A stretch of DNA of 64,000 nucleotides. Origin: an uncultured delta proteobacterium (GTDB lineage: Bacteria; Desulfobacterota; Desulfuromonadia; Desulfuromonadales; CAWANI01). A program made the translations under genes and the position numbers. Where the stretch lies: contig CAWANI010000009.1 in the NCBI GenBank assembly GCA_963783365.1, forward strand, positions 418,406 to 482,405, written 5' to 3'. Of the stretch, positions 33,307 through 44,233 are shown piece by piece; the stretch's first letter is position 1, and every line of letters begins with the position of its first letter. Under the pieces are notes generated by a model. That model was not told the DNA's origin. It made no database searches and saw nothing but the letters and a program-made list of their open reading frames with translations.

Positions 33307-34038
33307 CAGGGCCGGCCGATCATGGGCCTCCAGGGTCATGCTCGGCCGCGCCGCCAGCGCCCCAACCTGAGCGAACAGAGCACCGAAGTCAATGCTCCCC
33401 TCCCCCACCGGCAGGTGGTCATCGGCGCGACCGAAATTGTCGTGCAGATGCAGATGAATGGTCCGCGACCCGAGAGCGAAGAACCATTCGTCCATCGACA
33501 GGGAGCAAAAGAGGTGCCAGTGTCCCACGTCGAAACAATGGCCGAGAACGGGAGAATCGAGCTCGGCCAACAGGGTTGCCAGAGGGGTCGGCTTCCTTTC
33601 AAAGACATTTTCCAGCGCCATGGCGCATCCCTGCCGACTCGCACGATCTATAAAGGGGGGCCAGAACCGCAGGGCCTGTTCGAGCCAGAGCTGGTCCTTG
33701 CCGCCGTATTTCCAGCGTTCGAATCCCGGGTGAAAAACCACCAGCCGGGCCCCGAGCCGATCGGCAGCTTCCAGGGTCTGCAGGAAGCGGCGCCGGGTCG
33801 CCTCGGCCACCAGCGGTTCGAGGGCGCCGGGGTTGAGATCATGGAAAGGCGCATGAACGCTGACCGCCAGCCCTGCCGCTGCCAGCGCCCTGCCGGCGTT
33901 GTCGAGCGATGCGGCCGGCGCCCGATCGAGGTCGGTTCCCTGGAAGGCCACCTCAGGCTGAAGACCCCGCTCGATCAGAAAGGGGAGCGTCGATTCCAAC
34001 AGGCGCCAGGGCACATGGACGTGAAGCGGATTAGACAC
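33265..34038 (-). CDS. Sugar phosphate isomerase/epimerase family protein (xylose isomerase-like TIM barrel)
   Basis: 257-aa ORF with AP_endonuc_2-like pattern (VHAPF, VVFHPG, ALEN, HLHDN). Confidence 0.75.
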   Translation of the reverse strand: MSNPLHVHVPWRLLESTLPFLIERGLQPEVAFQGTDLDRAPAASLDNAGRALAAAGLAVSVHAPFHDLNPGALEPLVAEATRRRFLQTLEAADRLGARLVVFHPGFERWKYGGKDQLWLEQALRFWPPFIDRASRQGCAMALENVFERKPTPLATLLAELDSPVLGHCFDVGHWHLFCSLSMDEWFFALGSRTIHLHLHDNFGRADDHLPVGEGSIDFGALFAQVGALAARPSMTLEAHDRPALLRSLAGVAPFLIR

Positions 34039-35044
34039 TGGGCACCTCTCCCGAGGCGAACCGTTCCAGGTTGAGGATGGCGGTGCGCTCTCCCAGGGTG
34101 ATCAGGATATCCCCCGCGTCGATCAGCGTGGTCGACTTGGGGTTGAAGGTCATCTGGCCATCGGCCTTTTTGATCCCGACGATGATGATTCCCCACTCCC
34201 GCCGAACGCCGGAGGAAACGAGGGTCTTTTGTACGAGGTGCGAGTCCGCCGCAACCCGAATTTCTTCCAATTGCAGCTCAAGGTTCTTGCCGGCGGTGGC
34301 GATCTCGATAAAATCGACGACCGAGGGGCGCAGAACCGCCTGCGCCATGCGGGTGGCGCCGATGATATAGGGGGAGATGACCTTGCTCGCCCCGGCGCGC
34401 CGCAGTTTTTTCTCGGAACCCTCCTCGCCGGCCCGGGCAAGGATGAAAAGATCAGGGTTCAGGCCCCGGGCCGTGAGGGTGATGTACACGTTTTCGGTAT
34501 CCGAGGTGACCGCCGTGATCAGTCCCTTGGCGCGCTGAATTCCGGCGGCGACCAGCGTCTCGTCGTCGGTGGCGTCCCCGGCGACGAAGAGACGCCCCTC
34601 ATTGGCCAGCTTTTCACAGAGGCCGGCGTCCTTCTCGACCACCACGAAGGGCAGCGGGCGGGCCTGGAATTCCTTGCAGATAAGGCCCCCGATCCGGCCG
34701 TAGCCGCAGATGATGTAGTGCCCCTCCAGTTTGCCGATCTGTTTTTCCAATTTTTTCCTCCCCAGTACCTGGCGAAGCTGCCCTTCCACCATGAACTGAA
34801 CCAAACTACCGATCGCATAGGCGATGATGCCGACCCCGAAAAGAATCAGAAACAGGGTGAAAACCCTCCCCGACGGGGAGAGGGGGTGGACTTCTCCATA
34901 GCCGACGGTCGCCAGGGTGATCACGGTCATGTAGAGAGAATCGAAAAGAGGCCACCCTTCGATCAGGGCATACCCGAAGGTACCCAGACCGATGATAAGG
35001 ATTAGAATGACAAAGGAATATTTGAGGTGGCGGATCGAATCCAT
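34031..35044 (-). CDS. Potassium channel protein with RCK/TrkA-N and TrkA-C domains
   Basis: Selectivity filter TVGYGE. RCK Rossmann motif ICGYGRIGG. Start placed at ATG 35044 (MDSIRHLK); the ORF track starts at 35101. Confidence 0.88.
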   Translation of the reverse strand: MDSIRHLKYSFVILILIIGLGTFGYALIEGWPLFDSLYMTVITLATVGYGEVHPLSPSGRVFTLFLILFGVGIIAYAIGSLVQFMVEGQLRQVLGRKKLEKQIGKLEGHYIICGYGRIGGLICKEFQARPLPFVVVEKDAGLCEKLANEGRLFVAGDATDDETLVAAGIQRAKGLITAVTSDTENVYITLTARGLNPDLFILARAGEEGSEKKLRRAGASKVISPYIIGATRMAQAVLRPSVVDFIEIATAGKNLELQLEEIRVAADSHLVQKTLVSSGVRREWGIIIVGIKKADGQMTFNPKSTTLIDAGDILITLGERTAILNLERFASGEVPSV

Positions 35045-35144
35045 CGGTTTTCCCAACGCTGAGATTGCTGCAAGTCTAGCCGGGAAACCAGAAAAAAACA
35101 AGGAGATAGCGGACCACGAAGAGGGATGAGAGAGTAGAAAATGC

Positions 35145-35172
35145 TTGACATCATATGTATACTGTATACAAT
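35145..35172 (+). promoter_or_regulatory. Strong sigma70-type promoter with an embedded palindromic operator
   Basis: TTGACA (35145-35150), 16-nt spacer, TACAAT (35167-35172). The palindrome TGTATAC-T-GTATACA (35156-35170) spans the spacer and the -10 element. It lies 17 nt upstream of the GntR ORF. Confidence 0.65.
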
Positions 35173-35188
35173 TTAATCAAACCGAAAC

Positions 35189-35917
35189 GTGTTGGGGAGA
35201 TTTTCCGTGAAGAGAAAACCGATCGAGCGCCATCAGACGTTGAGGGAAAAGATCCTCGAGACGATTCGCGAGGCCATCCTGAAAGGAACCCTCAAGGCGG
35301 GGGAAAAGGTGGCCGAACCCGAATTGGCCGAAAGATTCGGCATCAGTCGCACGCCGATCCGCGAGGCCTTCCGTCAACTCGAGTCGGAAGGGTATCTCAC
35401 CGTGATTCCCCGCAAGGGCGCCGTCGTCACCTCCCTTTCCGAACGGGATGTGGAAGAGTTTTACGCCATCAAAAGTATTCTTGAGGGATATGCCGCGAGA
35501 ATGGCGGCGGAAAACCTCAGCGCCAAGGATATCGAGCGTCTCGAGACCATCAACGATCGCCTTGAACAGCTCGCCGAGGAAGGTGACATCAAAACCTACT
35601 TCCGGGTCCACAACGAGTTCCACGAACTTTTCATCCGGGCCGCCGGCAACGAAAAGTTGCTCGAACTCATCGGCCAGCTGATGATGAAGTTCAACCGCCT
35701 GCGGATGGCCTCGTTGTCCCTGCCCGGCCGCATGCAGATTTCGGTGCAGGAGCATAAGAAAATTCTGGATGCCTTTCGGTCTCACGACGGGGAGATGGCG
35801 GACAACCTGGTCCGGCAGACCGCCGCCTTCGGCGGAAAGGTCCTGATCCAGAGTATGGCCAAAGAGGAAGGGCGCCGGGTCGAAAACTCCGTGCTGCAGC
35901 GTCTCGTAGACGTCTGA
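35189..35917 (+). CDS. GntR-family transcriptional regulator, FCD domain
   Basis: wHTH EPELAERFGISRTPIREAFRQLESEG plus an FCD-type C-terminal domain. GTG start at 35189 or 35207. Confidence 0.88.
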   Translation: MLGRFSVKRKPIERHQTLREKILETIREAILKGTLKAGEKVAEPELAERFGISRTPIREAFRQLESEGYLTVIPRKGAVVTSLSERDVEEFYAIKSILEGYAARMAAENLSAKDIERLETINDRLEQLAEEGDIKTYFRVHNEFHELFIRAAGNEKLLELIGQLMMKFNRLRMASLSLPGRMQISVQEHKKILDAFRSHDGEMADNLVRQTAAFGGKVLIQSMAKEEGRRVENSVLQRLVDV

Positions 35918-35962
35918 TTCCCTTCCCCGAATTGTCTCGGCACGTATAATGTGCCCGTGGTT

Positions 35963-37252
35963 TCAGTCGAACGTATCCGCGGGAACGTCCGGAGGAAGCT
36001 CGGGTAAACCGGAAGCGGCTTCCTTCCCCACGGGAATTCTTACGATAAAGTTCGCTCCCCGGCCCACCTCGGTCTCGACCGTGATCTCTCCCTGATGTTT
36101 CTGCAGAATTTCCTTGGCGATACTCATACCCAGCCCCGTCCCCGTTCCCGACTCTTTCGTGGTAAAAAAAGGCTCGAAAATCCTGGGGAGAACCTTTTCG
36201 GGGATGCCGCAGCCGGTATCGGCCACCGAGGCGAAGAGATTTGGGCCTTCCTGCCAGGTTCTGATGCGGATTTCGCCCGTGGTGTCGATGGCCTGGGAGG
36301 CGTTGACCAACAAGTTGACGAAGACCTGGTTGAGCTGCTGGGGATAGCCCTGGATCGTGGGCAGTTCGCCGAAATTGCGGTGCAGGGCGGCCTTGTATTT
36401 GATTTCGTTCCAGGTGATGGTGACCGCGCTTTCGATGATCTCGTTGATATTGCAGATTTTCTGTTCCGAATCGTCGATCCGCGAGAAGCTTTTCAGGTTC
36501 TGGACGATTTTCTGCATCCGCTGGGTGCCCTCAAGGGACTCCGCGATCACAGCGGGGATATCTTCGAGGATGTAGTCGAATTTTGACTTGCGGCGAAGAG
36601 CGCCAAGTTCCTTTCTGATCTCTTCAGACGCGTTCGTTTGCAATGCCTGATCGAGCGCATCGATATAGGGGGTGATCTTGTCGAAGTATTTGTTGAGACT
36701 TCGCAGATTGCTGGCAATATAACCGATGGGGTTGTTGATCTCGTGGGCAACGCCGGCCGCCAGGTGGCCGATGGCCGCGAGCCGCTCCTGCTGAAGCGCC
36801 AGCGCGTGTGCGGCGTGGATCTCTTCCGCCTGCTCCCTGACCTTCTTTTCCAAGTCCTTTTGATAGGCCTGATTTTCACGAAAAAGGCGCTTCTTTTCCA
36901 GAGCGTTTCTGACCCGCAGCACGATCTGATCGATATTGAAGGGCTTGGTGATGTAGTCTTCCGCCCCGGAGTTCATGCAGATCAAGGCCGTTTCGAAATC
37001 ATCCACAGCGGTCACCATGAGGATGGTGGTATCGGGGCTGAGTTCTTTGATCTCCTGCAGCAACTGAATCCCCGAGCGACCCGGCATGTTGATGTCGATC
37101 AGCGCCAGATCAATGGGTTGGGCCCGCAGATGGGCGCACGCCTCATCGGCGCTGGCGGCGCCGAGGCAAAGATACCCCTCCCGGCTCAGGGTGGTTAACT
37201 GCATGTTCCTGACCAGGTCCTCATCGTCGACGACCAGAAGTCGCTCCGCCAT
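35963..37252 (-). CDS. Receiver-domain-containing histidine kinase (REC-HisKA-HATPase)
   Basis: LVVDDEDL...[14 protein letters not shown]...KPF receiver. H-box [14 protein letters not shown]-boxes DTGCGIP and GTGLGMS. Confidence 0.9.
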   Translation of the reverse strand: MAERLLVVDDEDLVRNMQLTTLSREGYLCLGAASADEACAHLRAQPIDLALIDINMPGRSGIQLLQEIKELSPDTTILMVTAVDDFETALICMNSGAEDYITKPFNIDQIVLRVRNALEKKRLFRENQAYQKDLEKKVREQAEEIHAAHALALQQERLAAIGHLAAGVAHEINNPIGYIASNLRSLNKYFDKITPYIDALDQALQTNASEEIRKELGALRRKSKFDYILEDIPAVIAESLEGTQRMQKIVQNLKSFSRIDDSEQKICNINEIIESAVTITWNEIKYKAALHRNFGELPTIQGYPQQLNQVFVNLLVNASQAIDTTGEIRIRTWQEGPNLFASVADTGCGIPEKVLPRIFEPFFTTKESGTGTGLGMSIAKEILQKHQGEITVETEVGRGANFIVRIPVGKEAASGLPELPPDVPADTFD

Positions 37253-37272
37253 CGTCCCTCCTCCCTAAGTGC

Positions 37273-40200
37273 TTACCTCTGCCCCAGCAGGCAGCGAACT
37301 TTTTCCATTAGAGCATCCGGCGTGAAGGGTTTTTGCAAAAAGGCCCTAAAGCCGTCAGCGTGCAAACCCTTCTTGCCGTGAAATTGACCGTACCCCGACA
37401 TGTAGAGGATTTTGATCCCGGGCACCTGCTCTTCCACCTGTTTCGCCAATTCCGCACCGCTCATCGCCGGCATGACCAGGTCGGTCACCAGCAGGTCGAT
37501 CGCCCCCTTCCCTGTTTCCCTGAAGAGCATTTCTCCCCTTTTTTTCTCCAGCTTCTCCAGGGCCTCCCGAGCGGTCTGCGCACTGAGAACGGTAAAACCG
37601 CTCTCCCGCAGGGCTTGCTCTACCAGCCGCAGTACCGCGAGCTCATCCTCGACCAGCAGGATCGTACCTTGATCGCCGGGAGGAGGGGGTGTCCAATTTT
37701 TACCGGTATCCTCAGGTGGTTCGTCGGTGCGTGGGAGAAAAATTTGAAAACATGATCCCTTGCCGGGAGCGCTTTCGAGCAGGATGTAACCGGCACTCTG
37801 TTTGACGATACCGAAGACGGTGGAGAGGCCCAGGCCGGTTCCGCGGCCCTGTTCCTTGGTCGTGTAAAATGGCTCGAAGACCCGCGCCTGAATCTCTTCG
37901 GACATTCCCGTGCCGCTGTCGCAGACCGAAAGAACCACATAGCGGCCGGGAACCGCTCCGCGATGGCCTTGCACGAAGGCCTCATCGATGTCGGCTTCGC
38001 TGGTGGAAATAGTGATATCCCCCCCCTGCGCCATGGCGTCGCGGGCGTTGATCACCAGGTTGAGCAGAACCTGCTCCAATTGTCCCGGGTCCGCCTTGAC
38101 CGGACCAACGCCCTCGCCGGGAGAAAAACAGTAGGCGATGTTCTCTTGCAGAAAACGCTGCAGGATTTTGGAAAAAGAGTGGATCAATGCATTGAGATCC
38201 AACACCTTCGGTTCAAGGACCTGGCGTCGGCTGAACGCCAGAAGCTGGCGGGTCAAAGCAGAAGCCCGCTGGCCGGCCTGCAACACCAGTTCGGCGTCTC
38301 CTCGTTTGGCAACGTCGTCCTTCAATGCGCGGATCAAGTGGGTGCTGTAGCCGTTGATGACCGTTAGCAGGTTGTTGAAATCGTGAGCGATGCCGCCGGC
38401 CAACTGGCCGATGGCTTCGAATTTCTGCACGACGTGGAGTTGATCAGCGGTCTGCTGACGAGCCTGTTCGGCGCGCACGCTGCGGATGGCGAGGGCCGCG
38501 GTCTGGGCAAAGGATTCCATCTCCTTCCGGTCGTTTTCCGAAAAGACGCCGGCCTTGTTGGCCAGGCCGATGTATCCGACGACCTGTGCGCCGATTTTCA
38601 GGGGAACGCCCAGAAAGTTAACAATAGGCGGATGCCAGGGAGGAAGCTTGTTGTCCAAAAAGAAAGGAGTCCCCTCGTTGTTCCAGAGAACCGTCTCGCC
38701 CCGGGTGGCGGAGGCGTGCAGAAGTTTGCCCGGGGAACAGAGGGTGGCGGAGGGTTTCATCTCTATTTTGCTTTCGAGGTCTTTAAACAGGGTGGTTCCC
38801 TTCCACTCTCCGCGGTTCTCCGAGACCGCCAGCAGCTGTCCCCGGTCGGGGTTTTCCAGGTCGTAGAGCAGGCCAATGGCGGCGCCGGAAATCTCCAGAC
38901 AGCGGTCGAGCATGACCGTGGCCATATCGTGAATGTTGCCGGTGAGCAGAAAACGCAGAAAGGATTCGGTCGCCGCCTCGAGAAGAAGCTGCCGGCGCCG
39001 CTCGGCGGCCGCCGCCTCATGTTGTTCGGTAACATCGCGAAAACTTTTTACCCGGCCCACGATTTGATTGTCGATATATTGAGGTTTGGAATAGTGGGCC
39101 ACGATTCGGCCGTCTTTAAAATGATAGGTGCCCCAACCCGTTTCGGTGGGATTGTCGTCAAGAGCGGCAATCTGGGAGAGAAATTGCTCGGGAGTTTTTA
39201 CCTGATTTTGAGCGAAATTCCGTACCGTATCGATCGCCCCCGAGGCCAGAGTGGCCTCGGGAATGTTCCACATTTCCACAAATTTTCGATTGCAGGCGAC
39301 GATTCGGCCCTGTCGGTCGATCGCCAGAATGCCGTCTGCCGTCGACTCCAGGGTCGCCGCCAGAAGAGAGTGCAACTTTTTAAAATTCTCTTCGCTTTTT
39401 TTCAAATCGGTAATGTCGCGAATGCTTTCGATGACGGCGACGACCTCCCCCTTCTCGTTTTTTATCGGCGCCGCGTCGAAGACACAGTAATGTTTTTCGC
39501 CGTCCCGAAATGTAAGCCATGCCTCCCCTTGCAGTCCATCGGGGCAATGCGGCGAACGCCGATAGCTTTCATACAGCCCCGTCAGATCCCCGGACTTCTT
39601 CTCGAGAACAAGATCAGCCAAGACGGGGCGCTGGTGTTCGTAGAAAGCCCACCATTGATTTCGGGTTCCAACCATTTCGGCGGCCTGAATCCCGGTCAGC
39701 AATTCGCAGGCTCGATTCCAGGCCAGCACCCGATGATTGGTATCCAGCACCAGAGTCGGAATGGAGGCACGCTGTACCAGGCTCTCGGAAAAACGCCGCT
39801 GATCCTCCAAGGCGGATTTTTTCTGGGCAATGTCGCTCAGCATCCGATTAAAGGACTTGGCAAGGGTGGCGATCTCGTCATCGGCGCGGATATCGATCAA
39901 GGGGGGGGCATCTTCCTCCCCGGTGATTTGTTCGACATGCCGGGTGAAAAGAAGCAGCGGGGCGGTCAGGTATCTCATGAAAAACCAGACCAGGACAATC
40001 GAGAAGACGAGAGTAACCGCCAGGGCGAAGGCAAAAAAACGCTCCGCCCGATAAACGGGCGCATAGGCTTCGTCCAGGGGAAAATCGGCACCCAGGATCC
40101 ATCCGGTATTCTGCAGGTGCTTAAAGGAAGAGAGGACGGGCTGGCCCGTCGAAGTGACCCTTTCGCCGGTTCCCTCAAACCCCCTGAGGGCCCGATCGAT

Positions 40201-40922
40201 CAAGGGGTGGGCTTCGAGGGCAGCCGCAGGGGTGACAATTTTGTTTTGGATCGGGACCAATGAGGGTGGAGCGGCTCTGATCAAATAGGTAGAGATATCC
40301 CTGTTTTCCCCAAACGGATGTCGGCCAGGTTTTCGAAAAAACTGCTTTTTAGCAGGTCGACGGAACCGCCGAGAACAGCGCGGATTTGCCCTGTGGGGTC
40401 CTTGATGGGGGCGGCGAACGTTATCAGGGGGTGATGAGGCTTATCGCTCGAAAAGTATACTTTGGACAGGCAGGGTTTCCCGGTGACGACGATACGGGCG
40501 AAAAAGTCGTGTTTTGACCAATTTCGATCGGCCACGAGCGGTCCGTGGGGGGATGCAGCCAATAGCCGGCCCGAAGGAGAGAAAACAGAAATTCCGTTGT
40601 TGAAGAATTGCTTGATTCCCACGCCCCGCATTTGATCAAGAAAGTCCTGGGTTTTTTCGGCGGATTTCAGTACGCCGGGGGAGATGGTCTGGGCCGTTCC
40701 GGAGATAAATGCCCGGCCCGTGTCGATCATGGAATCCACCTCGGTGGCGATTTCCGAAACCAGAACAAATTGTTGGGTGGAAATTTCGGCTTTAAGGCTT
40801 TTTTCAAAATAGGAAAAGCACAAAATGCTGAACAGCCCCAGAAGAAACAGAACCAATAAGGCAACCACCAGGGTTATCTTGGTTTTTAAACTCCAAAACC
40901 GCAAAAATTCCCCCTCTCCCAT
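37273..40922 (-). CDS. Hybrid sensor histidine kinase (TM-Cache-TM-HAMP-PAS-PAS-GAF-HisKA-HATPase-REC), split into two ORFs by frameshift(s) as sequenced
   Basis: ORF 40281..40922 gives a TM helix plus the first half of a Cache-like domain, ending ...IRLGKTG. ORF 37273..40284 continues with the second half (GFEGTGERV...FKHLQNTGWILGADFP), a TM helix, HAMP, PAS, H-box GIAHDFNNLL and a C-terminal receiver. A third frame reads TGYLYLFDQSR across the junction. Confidence 0.85.
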
Positions 40923-41472
40923 CTTGGCAGGTCACTATTTTTGGAGGATCAGCCCGTCCCATTGCGTTTAATGCAATTGACGGGCCAGTGGTCTCCAGGA
41001 TTCGGTTGAAACATTGCAAGGTTATGAAAACATGGATGGTTCCGAAGGGGCGATACCCTGGGGAAATTGATTCTGAGGCGCTTTATCTGCGCTTTTTAGC
41101 CAGGTTTTTGACATAAACAGGCACGCCTTAAAGATTTTTTCAAGCCGCCGACCCTTCTTTTCTCGGGACATGCCTTTCCCTTGAAAAGATGGCACGAAAA
41201 TTGATCTTTCTCTTCCTGGCTTTCTTCTTTTGTGCCGAAATTTTTTTGCAGATATCAGCTTAAGCGACTGAAATGCTTTATTTTTTTATCTCGATCTTTC
41301 GAATCGGGAAAGATGTTCCGAGTTGCTTTTGACGTATCGGGAAGAACCAATGTCGTCTTGTGCCAAGGTTTTGACCCGGCTTGATCTCGCTTCAAGGGCC
41401 AAGTGGCGTGACGCTGGCGTGACTGCAAGGGTCCGGTCGAAAAGTGGGAACTTATGAACCGAGGAGAAGATC

Positions 41473-43315
41473 GTGGATGAGATGCTTCCTTCAGAGTTGA
41501 CTTGTGTTTCTACGTCAGCGGATGATGGGCAATTCAAGGCTATGGCCGAATCGGCTCCCGTCATGATCTGGCTCTCGGGAACCGACCAGGACGGCACTTT
41601 TGTCAACCGGGCGTGGCGTCACTTCACCGGATGGAGTAAAGAGGAGGAGCCGGGAAGAGATTGGATCAAGCTGATTCATCCCGACGATCGAGAAAAAACC
41701 CTGGAAATTTCAGGAAAAGCATTCGAAGCCGTGGCGGCGTTCAGGCTGGAATACCGCCTTCGGCGATACGATGGCGTTTACCGCTGGGTTCTGGATAAAG
41801 GCGTGCCGCGGGTTACCGACGACGGCGTGTTCATCGGATACGTTGGTTTTTGTATCGATATCAGTGCGCATCGAGATCTTGAAAAGCAATTACAGGAGCT
41901 GAATGCTACCCTCGAGCAACGGGTCTCTGAGCGGACCGAATCCCTACAGGAAATCAACGCGACGTTAAAAAAAGAGATCGCCGAACGGAAAGGAATTGAA
42001 AAGGAGTTGCATCAAGGCCGGGCAGCCCTGGCGGCGCAGCATGCGGAACTGAACCGGGTGTTTCACCAGGTGGAGATGGCCAAGCGGGAGTGGGAAGCCA
42101 CCATGGACTGCATCGAGGACACCGTGGTCATTCTCGTCGACGACCTGGGGGCCATTCGTCGTTGCAACAGCGCCTTAGCCGAGTTGACGGGCTGCTCCTA
42201 TGGCGAATTGAAGGGGAAAAATGTCAAGAAGGTTCTGCGGGGATGTGGCTTCCACTGTGGGGAATGTTTCGCGAATGGCGAAGAAATCCGGCAGGAACCC
42301 AGCGGCCGGTGGTTTGTCTTGAGCAATTATCCCCTGAAGAATTCGGGGGCAGGGGGAGGCAAGGTTCTTGTTGCTCACGATTACACGAAGTTGAAAGGTC
42401 TCACCCAGCAGCTCGAGGAATCGAACCGGGAACTGGAGGCCAAGGGGCGGGAACTCGAAAGGGCCAACGCCGAGCTGAAAGAGACCCAGGTGAAAGTCCT
42501 GCAGCAGGAAAAGATGGCGACCATCGGTCAGCTGGCCGCCGGGGTGGCTCATGAGATCAACAATCCGATCGGATTTATCTCCAGCAATCTCGGGACCCTG
42601 GAGAAGTATATCGGAAAATTCACCGCTTTCATCGACGCCCAAACAACGCTCCTGCGGGAAGTGGGAGCGCAGGATGCCTTGGATGCCCTCGCCAAAAAGC
42701 GCCGGGAGCTCAAGCTCGACTTCGTCACCGAGGATATCGGCGACCTGATCCGGGAATCCCTGGGGGGGGCCGAGCGGGTGAAGAAAATCGTCCAGGACCT
42801 TAAGACTTTCTCCCGGGTGGACCAAGCCGAGTCCAAGTTCGTGGACCTGGTCGAGTGCATCGAAAGTACGGTGAATATCGTCTGGAACGAACTGAAATAC
42901 AAAGCGACACTGGAGAGGGAGTACGGGGATCTGCCGCTGATCAAGTGCTATCCCCAACAGTTGAATCAGGTCATCTTGAATTTACTGGTCAATGCCGGGC
43001 ACGCCATTGAAAAAGACGGCCGGATTACGCTGAAAGCTTGGCAGGAGGGCTTGGCCGTTTATTTTTCGGTTGCCGACAACGGTTGCGGCATCCCCCGGGA
43101 GAATCTGACCAAACTCTTCGAGCCCTTTTTCACCACCAAGGAGGTCGGTCAGGGGACCGGTCTCGGGTTGAGCATCGCCTACGATATCGTGAAAAAACAT
43201 CATGGCGAAATATCCGTCCGAAAGCGAAGTCGGTAAAGGAACGGCCTTTACCATCTCTCTGCCTCTGATAGACGTAGAGGGGGACGAGGTTGCTTCGGCG
43301 GGAACGATGGATTGA
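41473..43315 (+). CDS. PAS/PAS sensor histidine kinase; last ~30 codons off-frame as sequenced
   Basis: ORF 41473..43236. PAS (HPDDRE...YRLRRYDGVYRW), H-box [27 protein letters not shown]. Removing one C at 43218/43219 restores the standard end ISVESEVGKGTAFTISLP... with TGA at 43313-43315. Confidence 0.88.
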
Positions 43316-43360
43316 CTTTCCGGCATGACGATCTGATATCCTGAGGCTTCATACCTTGAA

Positions 43361-44233
43361 GTGTACGTTGAAGAAAACCTGCCGCCACCCATTACGATGA
43401 AGGAAGCGATGACTGAAGGGATTAAGATTCTTTGCGTCGATGACGAAAGAAACGTTCTGAGGGCTCTCGAGCGGCTGTTTCTGGACGATGACTACGAGAT
43501 ATTCTCTGCGCTCTCCGGCGAGGAAGGACTGGAGCGGCTCGCCGAAGAAGGGGATATCCAGATCGTCATCTCCGACTATCGGATGCCCGGCCTGAATGGC
43601 GTCGATTTTTTGCAGAAAGTCTGTACACAGTGGCCCCATACTGTCCGAATCGTGCTTTCGGGATATGCCGATACCGCGGCGGTGGTAGGAGCGATCAATG
43701 AAGGGCAGATCTACAAATTTATCCCCAAACCCTGGAACGACGATGAGCTGAGAGTCACAATCCAGAACGCCGTTGAACGTTATTTTCTGACCAGGCAGAA
43801 CGCCCTGCTGCTGGAAGAACTCCAGGCGGCCAATGAAAATCTGCGGTCGGTCAACGAAGGGCTGGAAGCTGAAGTCTTCGCCCGCACAGCCAAGCTGACC
43901 TGTCAAAATCAGGCGCTCACCGTGTCGCAGAATATCCTGGATGCCTTGCCTGTCGGCGTGGTCGGGGTCGATTCGACCGGTATGGTCGTCTGCTGTAATC
44001 AGGCGGGACGGGCCTTCTTTCAAGGCCGGGCGGATTTTATCCTGGGCAATTCATGTCGAAACCTCTTTCCCGAAGCGCTCCTGAATTTTCTGGAAGAGAT
44101 GGCGCAGGCGCAGGGACGAGGTCTGCGTTCGGAGGTTTCCTGGACGGCCAAGAGAGTGCGGGTTCAGGGGGCCCGGCTGGACCAGGACGATCAGGCCGGC
44201 ATCGTTCTGGTTCTGGATGTGGCGGGGAACTGA
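43361..44233 (+). CDS. Response regulator, REC + coiled coil + PAS-like output
   Basis: ILCVDDERN...IVISDYRMPGLNG...SGYAD...KFIPKPWNDDEL. The true start may be ATG 43397 or 43409 (RBS AAGGAAG). Confidence 0.85.
   Translation: MYVEENLPPPITMKEAMTEGIKILCVDDERNVLRALERLFLDDDYEIFSALSGEEGLERLAEEGDIQIVISDYRMPGLNGVDFLQKVCTQWPHTVRIVLSGYADTAAVVGAINEGQIYKFIPKPWNDDELRVTIQNAVERYFLTRQNALLLEELQAANENLRSVNEGLEAEVFARTAKLTCQNQALTVSQNILDALPVGVVGVDSTGMVVCCNQAGRAFFQGRADFILGNSCRNLFPEALLNFLEEMAQAQGRGLRSEVSWTAKRVRVQGARLDQDDQAGIVLVLDVAGN

Noticed and set aside
41190-41205. Sigma54 promoter-like TGGCAC-N5-TTGAT in the 550-nt gap upstream of the signalling operon.
   Set aside because: The -12 element lacks the conserved GC (it reads GG-N10-GA rather than GG-N10-GC). 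It lies about 270 nt from the start codon, and no enhancer-binding-protein gene is adjacent.
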